Origin: Parcubacteria group bacterium Gr01-1014_13
GTDB lineage: Bacteria > Patescibacteriota > Patescibacteriia > Magasanikbacterales > GWA2-37-8
Reading direction: 5' to 3'
Assembly (NCBI GenBank): GCA_007376295.1
Contig: VMGB01000003.1
Coordinates: 71,106 to 135,105 of the forward strand
Length of the DNA: 64,000 nt
The position numbers and the translations under genes are program-made. The notes beneath the pieces are model-generated. The model was given only the letters and a program-made list of their open reading frames with translations, had not been told where the DNA came from and did not search any database. Shown here piece after piece: positions 55,634-64,000 of the stretch (the first letter of the stretch is position 1; the number at the start of each line of letters is the position of its first letter).

Positions 55634-58336
55634 ATGCTAAACATCTTACAAAATATGGAAAAACAATTTTCCTGGCACACCAAAAAAATCTCCGAGGTTC
55701 TTGAGGTACTTCACTCGCGTGAACATGGTCTAACTAAAGAAGAAGCAGCCAAACGTCTGCGAGACTACGGTCTAAATAAATTTCCCGAAGGCAAAGTAGA
55801 CAGCCTTCTTATTATTTTCCTGCGCCAATTCAAAAGTCCCCTCATATATATTCTCCTGGCCGCTGCAGCCATAGTGCTGGCCATGGGCGACGTTGTTGAT
55901 GCGGTGGTAATTATGGCCGTCCTGGTTTTTAATGCCGTCGTGGGCACAATCCAAGAAGGAAAGGCACAAAATACTCTGCTCGCATTAAAACAATTCGCTG
56001 AAACTTCTGCAACCGTACTCCGAGACGGTAAAGAATTTTTAATCCGAGATACCGAAGTGGTACCTGGGGATATAATAATTTTACAGGAAGGAGAAAAAAT
56101 TCCAGCTGATGCCAGAATTATCTTTGCCAATACTTTAAAAATTGATGAAGCGAGCTTGACTGGAGAATCGGAACCGGTAACCAAAACTGAAGCCGTACTG
56201 CCAATCGACCCCTTACCGACTGTTGACCAAAAAAATATGGTCTTCAAAGGCACGCATATCCTAAGCGGAAATGGCACAGCTGTTGTGGTCGCTACCGGAC
56301 TGACTACAGAAATCGGTAAAATTGCCAAAAAAATCGCGGCTGTCGATACCGAAATACCGCTAAAAGCCGACATCCGCTACCTTTCTCGTCTCATTATTAT
56401 CGCAGTCTTTCTTATCAGTATTTTTCTGATAATTATCGGCGTGCTTTATGGTAAATCTTTAACCGAAATGTTCGCAACCGCTGTAGCCCTAGCCATATCC
56501 ATTATTCCCGAAGGATTGCCCATAGTAGTAACACTTGTTTTGGCCACCGGAGTATGGAGAATGTCAAAACGTAATGCTTTAGTAAAACAACTACAGGCGG
56601 TCGAAGCTCTGGGACAAACAAAAATAATTGCCGTGGACAAAACCGGAACTCTCACCAAAAATGAAATGGTGGTTCAACAAATATATATAGATGGAAAAAT
56701 TTTCGAAATCACCGGCAATGGCTATGAACCAAAAGGCGAAATGGTTCTGGCCGGAAAAACTATCGATCCCGTCAATCACCCTGAACTTATTTTTAGCGGA
56801 AAACTTGCTGCCTTTTGCGCCAACGCCAGACTCTCTTTTTTAAAGGAAACTAATACTTGGAAAATCGCCGGTGATCCTACCGAAGCAGCACTGATCGTAC
56901 TTTCGGAAAAAATTGGTTTTAGTCATGACAATCTGGAACAAGAAATGCCGAAAATATTTGAATTGCCATTTAATTATCAAAAAAAATATCATGCCACAAT
57001 CAGAAAAGTGGATAACAAAAATTTCTTGACCATTGTCGGAGCGCCAGAAAAAGTACTTGAACTTTGTAAAAATGTTTGGCGCAAAGATGGGAATGAAATT
57101 TTAGATGAACATAAAAAAAGTGAACTTGAATCGGCTTTTCATAAATTGGCCCAAGACGGCCTGCGAGTGGTGGCCTGCGCGATAAATTCTGATGCTGATC
57201 AAAGTGTGGCTGATCCAGATAACATGCCAACTCTTTCTTTTGTTGGATTTTTTGGCATGAAAGATGCGTTACGCTCTGAAGTCAAATCAGCAGTGCAAAG
57301 AGTAAAATCAGCCAATATCCGCGTAGTTATGATTACTGGAGACCACCGCATCACTGCCCAGGCTATAGCCAAAGAAGCCGGTATCTACCAAGAAGGTGAT
57401 CTGGTCCTGACTGGTGAAGAAATTGATGCGATGTCTGATACGGAACTTGCAGAAAAATTAACCCGTGTTTCTGTGTTCGCCCGAGTTACACCAGATCATA
57501 AACTACGAATTATTTTAGCCTATCGCAAACGAGGCGAAATCGTGGCCATGACCGGAGACGGTGTCAATGACGCGCCATCTCTTGTAGCTGCGGATCTTGG
57601 GGTGGCCATGGGGAAAATTGGCACAGAAGTAGCAAAATCAGCTTCAGACATAGTTCTAATGGACGATAATTTTGGCAGCATTGTATCAGCAGTAGAAGAA
57701 GGCAGAAGTATTTATAAAACAATAAAAAAAGTAATTCTTTATCTTTTTTCCACAAACTTGGGAGAAACATTAACTATCACCGGAGCCCTGCTCTTAGGAT
57801 TCCCTCTCCCCCTTTTGCCGGCGCATATTATCTGGCTCAATTTTGTCACGGATGGATTTTTAGATGTGTCTCTGGCTATGGAACCAAAAGAAGAAAACTT
57901 ATTGCGCGGCCATTTTGAACGGCCAAAAAAATATTTAATCGATAAACTTATGGCGCAAAGAATGATCCTAATGGCCATACCTATGGCCATAGGTGCGCTC
58001 TACCTGTTTAAAGGAAATTTTCAACATGATATGGCTAAAGCTTGGACAATATCACTAACAACGCTCGCCGTTTTCCAATGGTTCAACGCTTGGAATTGCC
58101 GACATGAGAGCAAATCGATTTTCCAGATGAATCCATTTTCAAATAAATGGCTGATTGTGGCCACCATAACAATTATTTTCCTGCAATTGTTTGCAATCTA
58201 TAATCCGTTTATGCAGAAATTTTTACATACCGCTCCGCTTCAACTTTCTGATTGGCTAACTATAATCCCAATCGCCGCTTCTGTAATCGTGGTTGAAGAA
58301 ATACGCAAATTTTTCTACCGCAGAAAATTGATTTAA
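55634..58336 (+). CDS. P-type cation-transporting ATPase (Ca2+/Mg2+ type IIA/IIIB-like)
   Basis: DKTGTLT phosphorylation site, TGDHRITAQAIA, GDGVNDAPSL, 10 TM. Start moved downstream of the tRNA to MLNILQNMEKQ. Confidence 0.85.
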   Translation: MLNILQNMEKQFSWHTKKISEVLEVLHSREHGLTKEEAAKRLRDYGLNKFPEGKVDSLLIIFLRQFKSPLIYILLAAAAIVLAMGDVVDAVVIMAVLVFNAVVGTIQEGKAQNTLLALKQFAETSATVLRDGKEFLIRDTEVVPGDIIILQEGEKIPADARIIFANTLKIDEASLTGESEPVTKTEAVLPIDPLPTVDQKNMVFKGTHILSGNGTAVVVATGLTTEIGKIAKKIAAVDTEIPLKADIRYLSRLIIIAVFLISIFLIIIGVLYGKSLTEMFATAVALAISIIPEGLPIVVTLVLATGVWRMSKRNALVKQLQAVEALGQTKIIAVDKTGTLTKNEMVVQQIYIDGKIFEITGNGYEPKGEMVLAGKTIDPVNHPELIFSGKLAAFCANARLSFLKETNTWKIAGDPTEAALIVLSEKIGFSHDNLEQEMPKIFELPFNYQKKYHATIRKVDNKNFLTIVGAPEKVLELCKNVWRKDGNEILDEHKKSELESAFHKLAQDGLRVVACAINSDADQSVADPDNMPTLSFVGFFGMKDALRSEVKSAVQRVKSANIRVVMITGDHRITAQAIAKEAGIYQEGDLVLTGEEIDAMSDTELAEKLTRVSVFARVTPDHKLRIILAYRKRGEIVAMTGDGVNDAPSLVAADLGVAMGKIGTEVAKSASDIVLMDDNFGSIVSAVEEGRSIYKTIKKVILYLFSTNLGETLTITGALLLGFPLPLLPAHIIWLNFVTDGFLDVSLAMEPKEENLLRGHFERPKKYLIDKLMAQRMILMAIPMAIGALYLFKGNFQHDMAKAWTISLTTLAVFQWFNAWNCRHESKSIFQMNPFSNKWLIVATITIIFLQLFAIYNPFMQKFLHTAPLQLSDWLTIIPIAASVIVVEEIRKFFYRRKLI

Positions 58337-58416
58337 ATTTTATTGACAGTCCTTCTAATTGTTGCCAAACTACTTGCTAGACGCTCATTTACAAAACAGT
58401 CCTCAAGGAAGTAACC

Positions 58417-59271
58417 ATGACAGATAAAAAGATGACGTACAATGATCTGTTGCAAGGATACGTAGATAAAAACTACGAACTTGAATGTTACGGTTCGGTA
58501 AAAGAACCTATTAGAGGAAAAGATAAAGATTACCGCCTCTATAAAATCGTCGTCAACCCGGAATGTGAAAAAACTCTGTTTATCACTAACGGTTTCCATG
58601 GCGAAGAATTTAACGGCCCGATTTCTCTTCTACATATTTTCGATGAAACGACAGATTTTGCTAAAAAAAACCGGATACGACTTATCGTCTATCCTTGTAT
58701 CAATCCTGCGGGGTTTGATCTGCGCCAACGTTACAATCCCAGCGATGAATTGGAGTATGGAAATAACGATTTTCTGCGTTATGAAATCAAAAAGAATGAA
58801 TGGGTAGGCACTCTAAAAAATAACGAACCTTTTCTGCGATACAAAATTGTAGACTCGGCGGCAAAGGAAGTCCGTCTCTTGAAACACGATGTGTTGCAAT
58901 ATCAGAATCCTGCACCCCAAGCTGTACTGGATATTCACCAAGATTGTTTAAAAAAAGAACAGGGGGATTTCTATGCCTACATCCTTGATAAACGAGAAGT
59001 TTATCTAAAAATCATGAAAAAGCTGGCAAAAATCGCGCCGGTTTCCAAAAATATTCAGGCCGAAAATATTGAGGGCAAACGAAAAGTTCATTACCAAATA
59101 GATAAGGATGGATTTATTTTTCTCCGCGACGGATCCATAACTGACATGTTCCATAGGCTTGGGTCTGAATTCGCTGTTTGCGCCGAAACCAATACTGACT
59201 TGCCTTTGAAAAAAGTCTGCCAAATCAACCTAATTTGGATCAAGGAACTGATAAATCTCATCTCTAAGTAG
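58417..59271 (+). CDS. hypothetical protein, possibly M14/AstE-AspA-like zinc carboxypeptidase fold
   Basis: ITNGFHGEEFNGP resembles the HGNE zinc-binding block of succinylglutamate desuccinylase/aspartoacylase. Weak. Confidence 0.4.
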   Translation: MTDKKMTYNDLLQGYVDKNYELECYGSVKEPIRGKDKDYRLYKIVVNPECEKTLFITNGFHGEEFNGPISLLHIFDETTDFAKKNRIRLIVYPCINPAGFDLRQRYNPSDELEYGNNDFLRYEIKKNEWVGTLKNNEPFLRYKIVDSAAKEVRLLKHDVLQYQNPAPQAVLDIHQDCLKKEQGDFYAYILDKREVYLKIMKKLAKIAPVSKNIQAENIEGKRKVHYQIDKDGFIFLRDGSITDMFHRLGSEFAVCAETNTDLPLKKVCQINLIWIKELINLISK

Positions 59272-59369
59272 CCCCGACTCTTAATAAAGAGCGGGGTTTG
59301 TTGTAAAGGCCTTAACTTGACAATTTCCCCTATATAATGCTATACTTTGGTTACTTAATTTAACCCTTT

Positions 59370-59666
59370 ATGCAGACAAAAATTCATCCAGAATATAACA
59401 ATGACACAGCCGTCACTTGCGCTTGCGGTAATGCTTTTACTACCGGCAGCACTATGAAGGCTATTCGCGTGGAACTTTGCAACAAGTGCCATCCTTTTTA
59501 TACCGGCAAACAAAAATTTGTAGACACTGCTCGCCGCGTAGAAAAATTCCAAGAACGCGCCGACAAGAAAACTTCCGTTGCCGCTGCCCGCAAAGGCAAG
59601 AAAGTAAAGAAAGCCGCTGTAGCTATAAAGAAATCAGCCAAAAAAGCCGCCTCCAAGAAAGCTTAG
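59370..59666 (+). CDS. rpmE: 50S ribosomal protein L31 with Lys-rich C-terminal tail
   Basis: [10 protein letters not shown]…CACGN…[13 protein letters not shown] matches the L31 zinc-ribbon form. Confidence 0.85.
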   Translation: MQTKIHPEYNNDTAVTCACGNAFTTGSTMKAIRVELCNKCHPFYTGKQKFVDTARRVEKFQERADKKTSVAAARKGKKVKKAAVAIKKSAKKAASKKA

Positions 59667-59753
59667 CTTTATCAAACTTAAAAAACAGACTACAATATAT
59701 TTGTGTTGAGTCTGTTTTTTATTAAGTACCCCTACAGCTAAAAATCATACCTT

Positions 59754-60833
59754 ATGAACAATAAATATAAAGAAATACAATCTAAATTTGCCAAACTGGA
59801 AACCGATTTACAAAATCCGGCCGTGCTTGGTGATTCCAAAAAAATAAAGGAAATTTCTCAAGAATACAATGACCTAAAGCAGACTATGGAAAAAATAAAG
59901 GAGCTGGCTGCGATAGAAAACAGTATTTCTGAAACTCAACTAATCATTAATCAAGAAGATCCTCAAATGAAAGAAATGGCGGCTGCTGAACTGCCTGATT
60001 TGGAAACCAAAAAAATAAATCTGGAAAAAGAATTGGATGAAATGACTCGTCCGCAGGACCCTTTTGATAAAAAAGATGTGATTGTCGAAATCCGCGCTGG
60101 CGTGGGAGGAGATGAATCCGCTCTGTTTGCGGCTGAACTTTATCGTATGTATGCTCGTTATGCCGAAAGTAGAAAATGGAAGGTACAGACACTTGATTCC
60201 AACCGCAACGGTATTGGTGGCTTTAAAGAAATTATATTTTCTATCAAAGGCAGAAATGCTTATAAAGATTTGAAATATGAAATGGGTGTGCATCGCGTAC
60301 AAAGAGTCCCTGATACTGAAAAAGCTGGCCGTATCCACACTTCCACTATTACTGTAGCCGTGCTTCCGGAAATTGAAGAAGCGGAAATTAAAATTGAACA
60401 AAAAGATTTACGTATTGATACCTTTTGTTCTGGCGGCGCAGGCGGACAAAGCGTAAACACCACTTATTCGGCAGTAAGAATAGTCCATATTCCAACTGGT
60501 ATCATGGTGCAGTGCCAGGACGAACGCTCACAGACTGCCAACAAAGAAAAAGCTATGGCCGTACTACGTTCGCGTATCTATGCAGCTGATAGAGAAGCAA
60601 AAATGAAGACACTTACTGAAAAACGACGCGCCCAAATTGGCAGCGGCGACCGCAGTGAAAAAATCCGTACTTATAACTTCCCTCAAGACCGTATTACTGA
60701 CCATCGTATTCACCAAAGCTGGAATAACATTCCCAAAATATTAGAAGGTCATTTAGAACCGATTATTGAGGCTGTTCGCGCGGCTGATTATGCCGGGTTG
60801 GATTATAGCGGTACGGATGAAGATGAAGAATAA
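59754..60833 (+). CDS. prfA: peptide chain release factor 1
   Basis: [14 protein letters not shown] motif. The RF1-type tripeptide region reads [14 protein letters not shown], which is PDT in place of the usual PAT/PVT. Confidence 0.9.
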   Translation: MNNKYKEIQSKFAKLETDLQNPAVLGDSKKIKEISQEYNDLKQTMEKIKELAAIENSISETQLIINQEDPQMKEMAAAELPDLETKKINLEKELDEMTRPQDPFDKKDVIVEIRAGVGGDESALFAAELYRMYARYAESRKWKVQTLDSNRNGIGGFKEIIFSIKGRNAYKDLKYEMGVHRVQRVPDTEKAGRIHTSTITVAVLPEIEEAEIKIEQKDLRIDTFCSGGAGGQSVNTTYSAVRIVHIPTGIMVQCQDERSQTANKEKAMAVLRSRIYAADREAKMKTLTEKRRAQIGSGDRSEKIRTYNFPQDRITDHRIHQSWNNIPKILEGHLEPIIEAVRAADYAGLDYSGTDEDEE

Positions 60834-60834
60834 T

Positions 60835-61614
60835 ATGGATTTGATCGATTTTGATTTGTTAAAGGCACATGCTATAAAAAAGCCAAAAGAATTTTTGTAC
60901 TCCCATCCGGAATATCGTTTGTCAATTTGGGAATGGCTAAAATTAAAATATTTTATCTTCTTACGTAATCACGGCTACTCGGTGGCCGCTATTACCAAGC
61001 ATAAAGAATTTTATGGCTTGGATTTTTTTGTAAACAAACATGTGCTTATCCCCCGCCCAGACACGGAATTAATGGTAACAGAAGTAATTGAGGAAATTAA
61101 AAAGACAAATGAAAAAATAACACTGGTTGATGTGGGTACGGGCAGTAGCTGTATACCAATTTCTGTATTAAAAAATTTACCAGAACCAGTACCAACATAC
61201 GCCATAGATATTTCCAGCCAAGCTTTAAAGGTGGCCAAAAAAAACGCGGAAAATTATGGTATAAAAATACAATTTTTGCGTGGTAATTTGCTTGAACCGA
61301 TTTTACAAAAAATTTCCGGTAAAATTATTTCCACCGCCAATCTCCCTTACCTTACCGAACAACAATTTAAAAATGAACCATCTATTGCCCGAGAACCAAA
61401 AAATGCGCTGGTAGCAAAGAATAACGGTCTAGCTTTATACGAAGAACTATTACAACAAATTAAAACTTCTGGCTTAGACGCTACAATATTTTTAGAAATA
61501 GATCCATCGCAAACAGAGGCAATAAATAAATTGATTACAAAATATCTTCCGGAGTCAAAAATAGAAATAAAAAAAGACCTTGGCGGTCTAAATCGTCTGG
61601 TAAAAATATCTTAA
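60835..61614 (+). CDS. prmC: release factor glutamine methyltransferase PrmC/HemK
   Basis: VDVGTGSSCI SAM motif and ANLPY (NPPY-type) motif. Start trimmed to MDLIDFDLL. Confidence 0.8.
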   Translation: MDLIDFDLLKAHAIKKPKEFLYSHPEYRLSIWEWLKLKYFIFLRNHGYSVAAITKHKEFYGLDFFVNKHVLIPRPDTELMVTEVIEEIKKTNEKITLVDVGTGSSCIPISVLKNLPEPVPTYAIDISSQALKVAKKNAENYGIKIQFLRGNLLEPILQKISGKIISTANLPYLTEQQFKNEPSIAREPKNALVAKNNGLALYEELLQQIKTSGLDATIFLEIDPSQTEAINKLITKYLPESKIEIKKDLGGLNRLVKIS

Positions 61615-62669
61615 TTTGTTACCTGTACTTTTACCTCTTTCGGCACTACTTCTACCCAAGTGTTGCCTGGCACCAACATTACTTCTTTTCCATTTTTATC
61701 ATAAAATCGAGTGCGGCTAGTAAGAGAAGTCTTTTTCCAAGTTCCATAAGAAACATTACCTTTCTTTAAAATTATTGCCGTACCTTTACCCACGGTAGTA
61801 ATTACCTTTCGCCCTTTGTCGTCGCTGACCACATCTTGCACATTAGTAATTTGCACTAAAATATTTCGCGCCCGTACTTCGGAGCCGTCTTTGTCTGTTT
61901 CTTTTTTGTCATTTACGGAACGTACATAATTCAATTTTTTGGCGTCATACGTCCAAACTACTTCATAATCAGTGCTAAAAGGAATTTTTACTCCACCTCT
62001 AGTACCAATAGTTTTTCCAATAATTCGTGTATACTTCCAAGCTTTATCGGCAGTAAACAAAGTGCTTGTATTTCCATACTGACTAACAACCTTCTGCCAG
62101 TTGTCGGTATTGGTATAAAGATTGTGCGGGGCTTGTCTCCTCTGGCTTCTCCAGTAATACTGCCCCCAATAAAACTCATTGGCATCAAAAATTTTTCTGG
62201 AGTTGATTAAACCTAGAGCTTCAGGTGAGCCGCCGGAATGCATATACAAACCGTTACCATATTCCTGTAGCCAATCCAAAAAGTAGCCGCGAGCACTACG
62301 TACCGGACCAGCTTCAATTACAGCCTGTTTATTGTCGAATATAGCCAAATAACGCGTAAGGCCACCTTCGACTGGTGCTTCATAGACTATTTTGGCTTGA
62401 GAAAGACCAGATTGGGGACGGGAATCTGGATGATTATCTATCATCACGCCCACTACCTGGACTGCGGAATCGGCTTTTGAGCTTACAACTTTCCCATCTA
62501 GCCCGTTTATATATTTGGCCGCGGCAATCTCTAGCTTGTCATTATTGTTGAAAGCGCGCAGCAATTCCTGTGAGGGATAAAAATAAAAGAAGAGATACAC
62601 AATTCCTGCTAAGGAAACTAGTGCTAAGATAATGATTGGTGGCCAGTGCTTAGGTAACTTGTGTTTCAT
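61611..62669 (-). CDS. DUF3048-family secreted protein (YerB-like)
   Basis: VVGVMIDNHPDSRPQSGLSQAKIVYEAPVEGGLTRYLAIF matches the DUF3048 signature block. N-terminal TM/signal. Confidence 0.6.
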   Translation of the reverse strand: MKHKLPKHWPPIIILALVSLAGIVYLFFYFYPSQELLRAFNNNDKLEIAAAKYINGLDGKVVSSKADSAVQVVGVMIDNHPDSRPQSGLSQAKIVYEAPVEGGLTRYLAIFDNKQAVIEAGPVRSARGYFLDWLQEYGNGLYMHSGGSPEALGLINSRKIFDANEFYWGQYYWRSQRRQAPHNLYTNTDNWQKVVSQYGNTSTLFTADKAWKYTRIIGKTIGTRGGVKIPFSTDYEVVWTYDAKKLNYVRSVNDKKETDKDGSEVRARNILVQITNVQDVVSDDKGRKVITTVGKGTAIILKKGNVSYGTWKKTSLTSRTRFYDKNGKEVMLVPGNTWVEVVPKEVKVQVTN

Positions 62670-62737
62670 ATAACTGTATTATACCAAAGTAGACTAAAAC
62701 TAAAAACACTCCAATTTCTGGAGTGTTTTCTTGTTTA

Positions 62738-63451
62738 TTATTCTTTTTCTTCCTTTTTCTCTTCTTTGCCAGCTCCAGCTTCTGGCTTAGGAGCACCTTC
62801 GGCACCTTCTTCACCCTCTTCTTCTTTCTTCTTGCCGGCAACTTCAATTTTGGTCAAATCAGCTGGTTTAGCAGATTCTTCCATAGCCTTAATTTCTTCT
62901 TCAGTCAAAGCGGCAGTAGCTTTAGCAATCAAATCTTCCGCATGAGGATTGGTAATAGTGATTCCAGCCGGAACAATTAAATTTTTAATTTTTACAACAT
63001 CATCAAAAGTTTTCAAAACAGTCAAATCAACATCAATATGGGAAACCAAATCTTTTGGCAAACATTTTACTTCCACAGATTCAAGGTTACGCATTAAAGT
63101 ACCGCCTTGTTCCTTGATTACTGGCGCTTCACCAACAAAACGCAGCTCAACAGTAGCGGTCATTTCTTTATTCATATCGATACGGCGCAAATCCACATGG
63201 ATCATGCGGTCAGAAACAGGATCATACTGCACGTCCTGCACCAAAACTTTTCCTTCAGCCTTGTCTCCCAAAAGCAAATCAATCAAACTTGCTTCACCAG
63301 CTTCGGCAAATAATTTTGCAAATTCATCATAATTCAAAGTAACAGAAGCGGCTGTTGCGCCCATACCATAAACTACGGCCGGAAGTACGGTCTTGGTTCT
63401 TACTTTTTCTCCTTTAACGGTTCTGGTGTTAGCTGATAATTTGAATGCCAT
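62738..63451 (-). CDS. rplY: 50S ribosomal protein L25 / general stress protein Ctc form, with acidic/K-rich C-terminal extension
   Basis: MAFKLSANTRTVKGEKVRTKTVLPAVVYG N-terminus and beta-barrel core. Confidence 0.85.
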   Translation of the reverse strand: MAFKLSANTRTVKGEKVRTKTVLPAVVYGMGATAASVTLNYDEFAKLFAEAGEASLIDLLLGDKAEGKVLVQDVQYDPVSDRMIHVDLRRIDMNKEMTATVELRFVGEAPVIKEQGGTLMRNLESVEVKCLPKDLVSHIDVDLTVLKTFDDVVKIKNLIVPAGITITNPHAEDLIAKATAALTEEEIKAMEESAKPADLTKIEVAGKKKEEEGEEGAEGAPKPEAGAGKEEKKEEKE

Positions 63452-63452
63452 A

Positions 63453-63860
63453 TTAAAGTAATTTTAGAAAATCTGGGCGATTAAATATTTTATACCCCTC
63501 GATTGTTTCATCAATAGTTAAGGGCGACATTTTGTATAATTTTTGGACATCTTTCAAATTTAGATCGGTAACCATTCCTACCGTGCTCATGCCTTTTGGC
63601 ATCACCATAACCATGGCCATAAAGTGACTGCGGCAATGATGGCAAGTAAAATGGACAAATCTGGCATCGTTTTCTTTTATAAACAACTTACCGGCCTGAG
63701 ATTTGTAATCACGGCCGCAAACCGGGCAATGGCTGATTAACTTTAGGTTTTTCCGCCAAGAATCGGCTTTTTTCTTGTTTGCCAGCATATGATTGTATGG
63801 ACCAATATTAAACGATTTTAAGGATTTTGTCAAGGGATAAAATAGCTGCCTCCCACCCAT
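63453..63860 (-). CDS. hypothetical Cys/His zinc-ribbon protein
   Basis: HCPVCGR…FTCHHCRSHF is a CxxC/HxxC pair. No other similarity. Confidence 0.35.
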   Translation of the reverse strand: MGGRQLFYPLTKSLKSFNIGPYNHMLANKKKADSWRKNLKLISHCPVCGRDYKSQAGKLFIKENDARFVHFTCHHCRSHFMAMVMVMPKGMSTVGMVTDLNLKDVQKLYKMSPLTIDETIEGYKIFNRPDFLKLL

Positions 63861-63892
63861 TGTTAAAAACGGAGCGGGAGGCTAATTACCTA

Positions 63893-64000
63893 CTGATCAG
63901 CTAAAATTGTGGCTGGTTCCTCTTTACGCTTGCGCGAAGCCATTTTCGCTTTATTCATGCTGATACGCATAAATCGATAGATATAAACTACAACCCAAAA
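63893..64000 (-). CDS. C-terminal fragment of a gene continuing beyond the window (…FWVVVYIYRFMRISMNKAKMASRKRKEEPATILADQ*)
   Basis: Open minus-strand frame reaching the window edge, with stop TAG at 63890-63892. Confidence 0.35.

Noticed and set aside
1-64000. rRNA genes, or a 16S-23S spacer context for the tRNA-Ile
   Set aside because: No rRNA-like sequence lies anywhere in the window. tRNA-Ile(UAU) is flanked by protein-coding genes.

Overview
The window looks like a low-GC (about 40%), gene-dense segment of a small bacterial genome of Patescibacteria/CPR-like character. It is mostly housekeeping genes, named in the feature list with their evidence, together with 6 tRNAs and an envelope glycosyltransferase cluster (24053-28824) followed by two large hypothetical envelope proteins (to 33264). 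The striking part is a ~4.7 kb non-coding island at 18300-23060. A structured leader (18300-18718) is followed by two tandem arrays (18719-19920 and 21415-23057) holding about 36 modular nested-hairpin units of five types (A-E) in a cyclic order. Each unit has a conserved 9-13 bp outer stem, a conserved small inner palindrome, and two hypervariable 8-12 nt segments flanking the inner hairpin. The arrays flank a GC-rich (about 55%) gene (19940-21343, minus strand) for an IS110-family-like DEDD (RuvC-like plus Tnp-HhH) recombinase. The architecture is like a BIME/REP cluster carrying an IS110 insertion. The stem / variable-arm / hairpin / variable-arm / stem topology of each unit is also reminiscent of the programmable loops of IS110 bridge/seek RNAs, and I flag it as a candidate array of guide-like RNA modules. 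All identifications are from reading motifs in the translations and sequence, with no database searches run.
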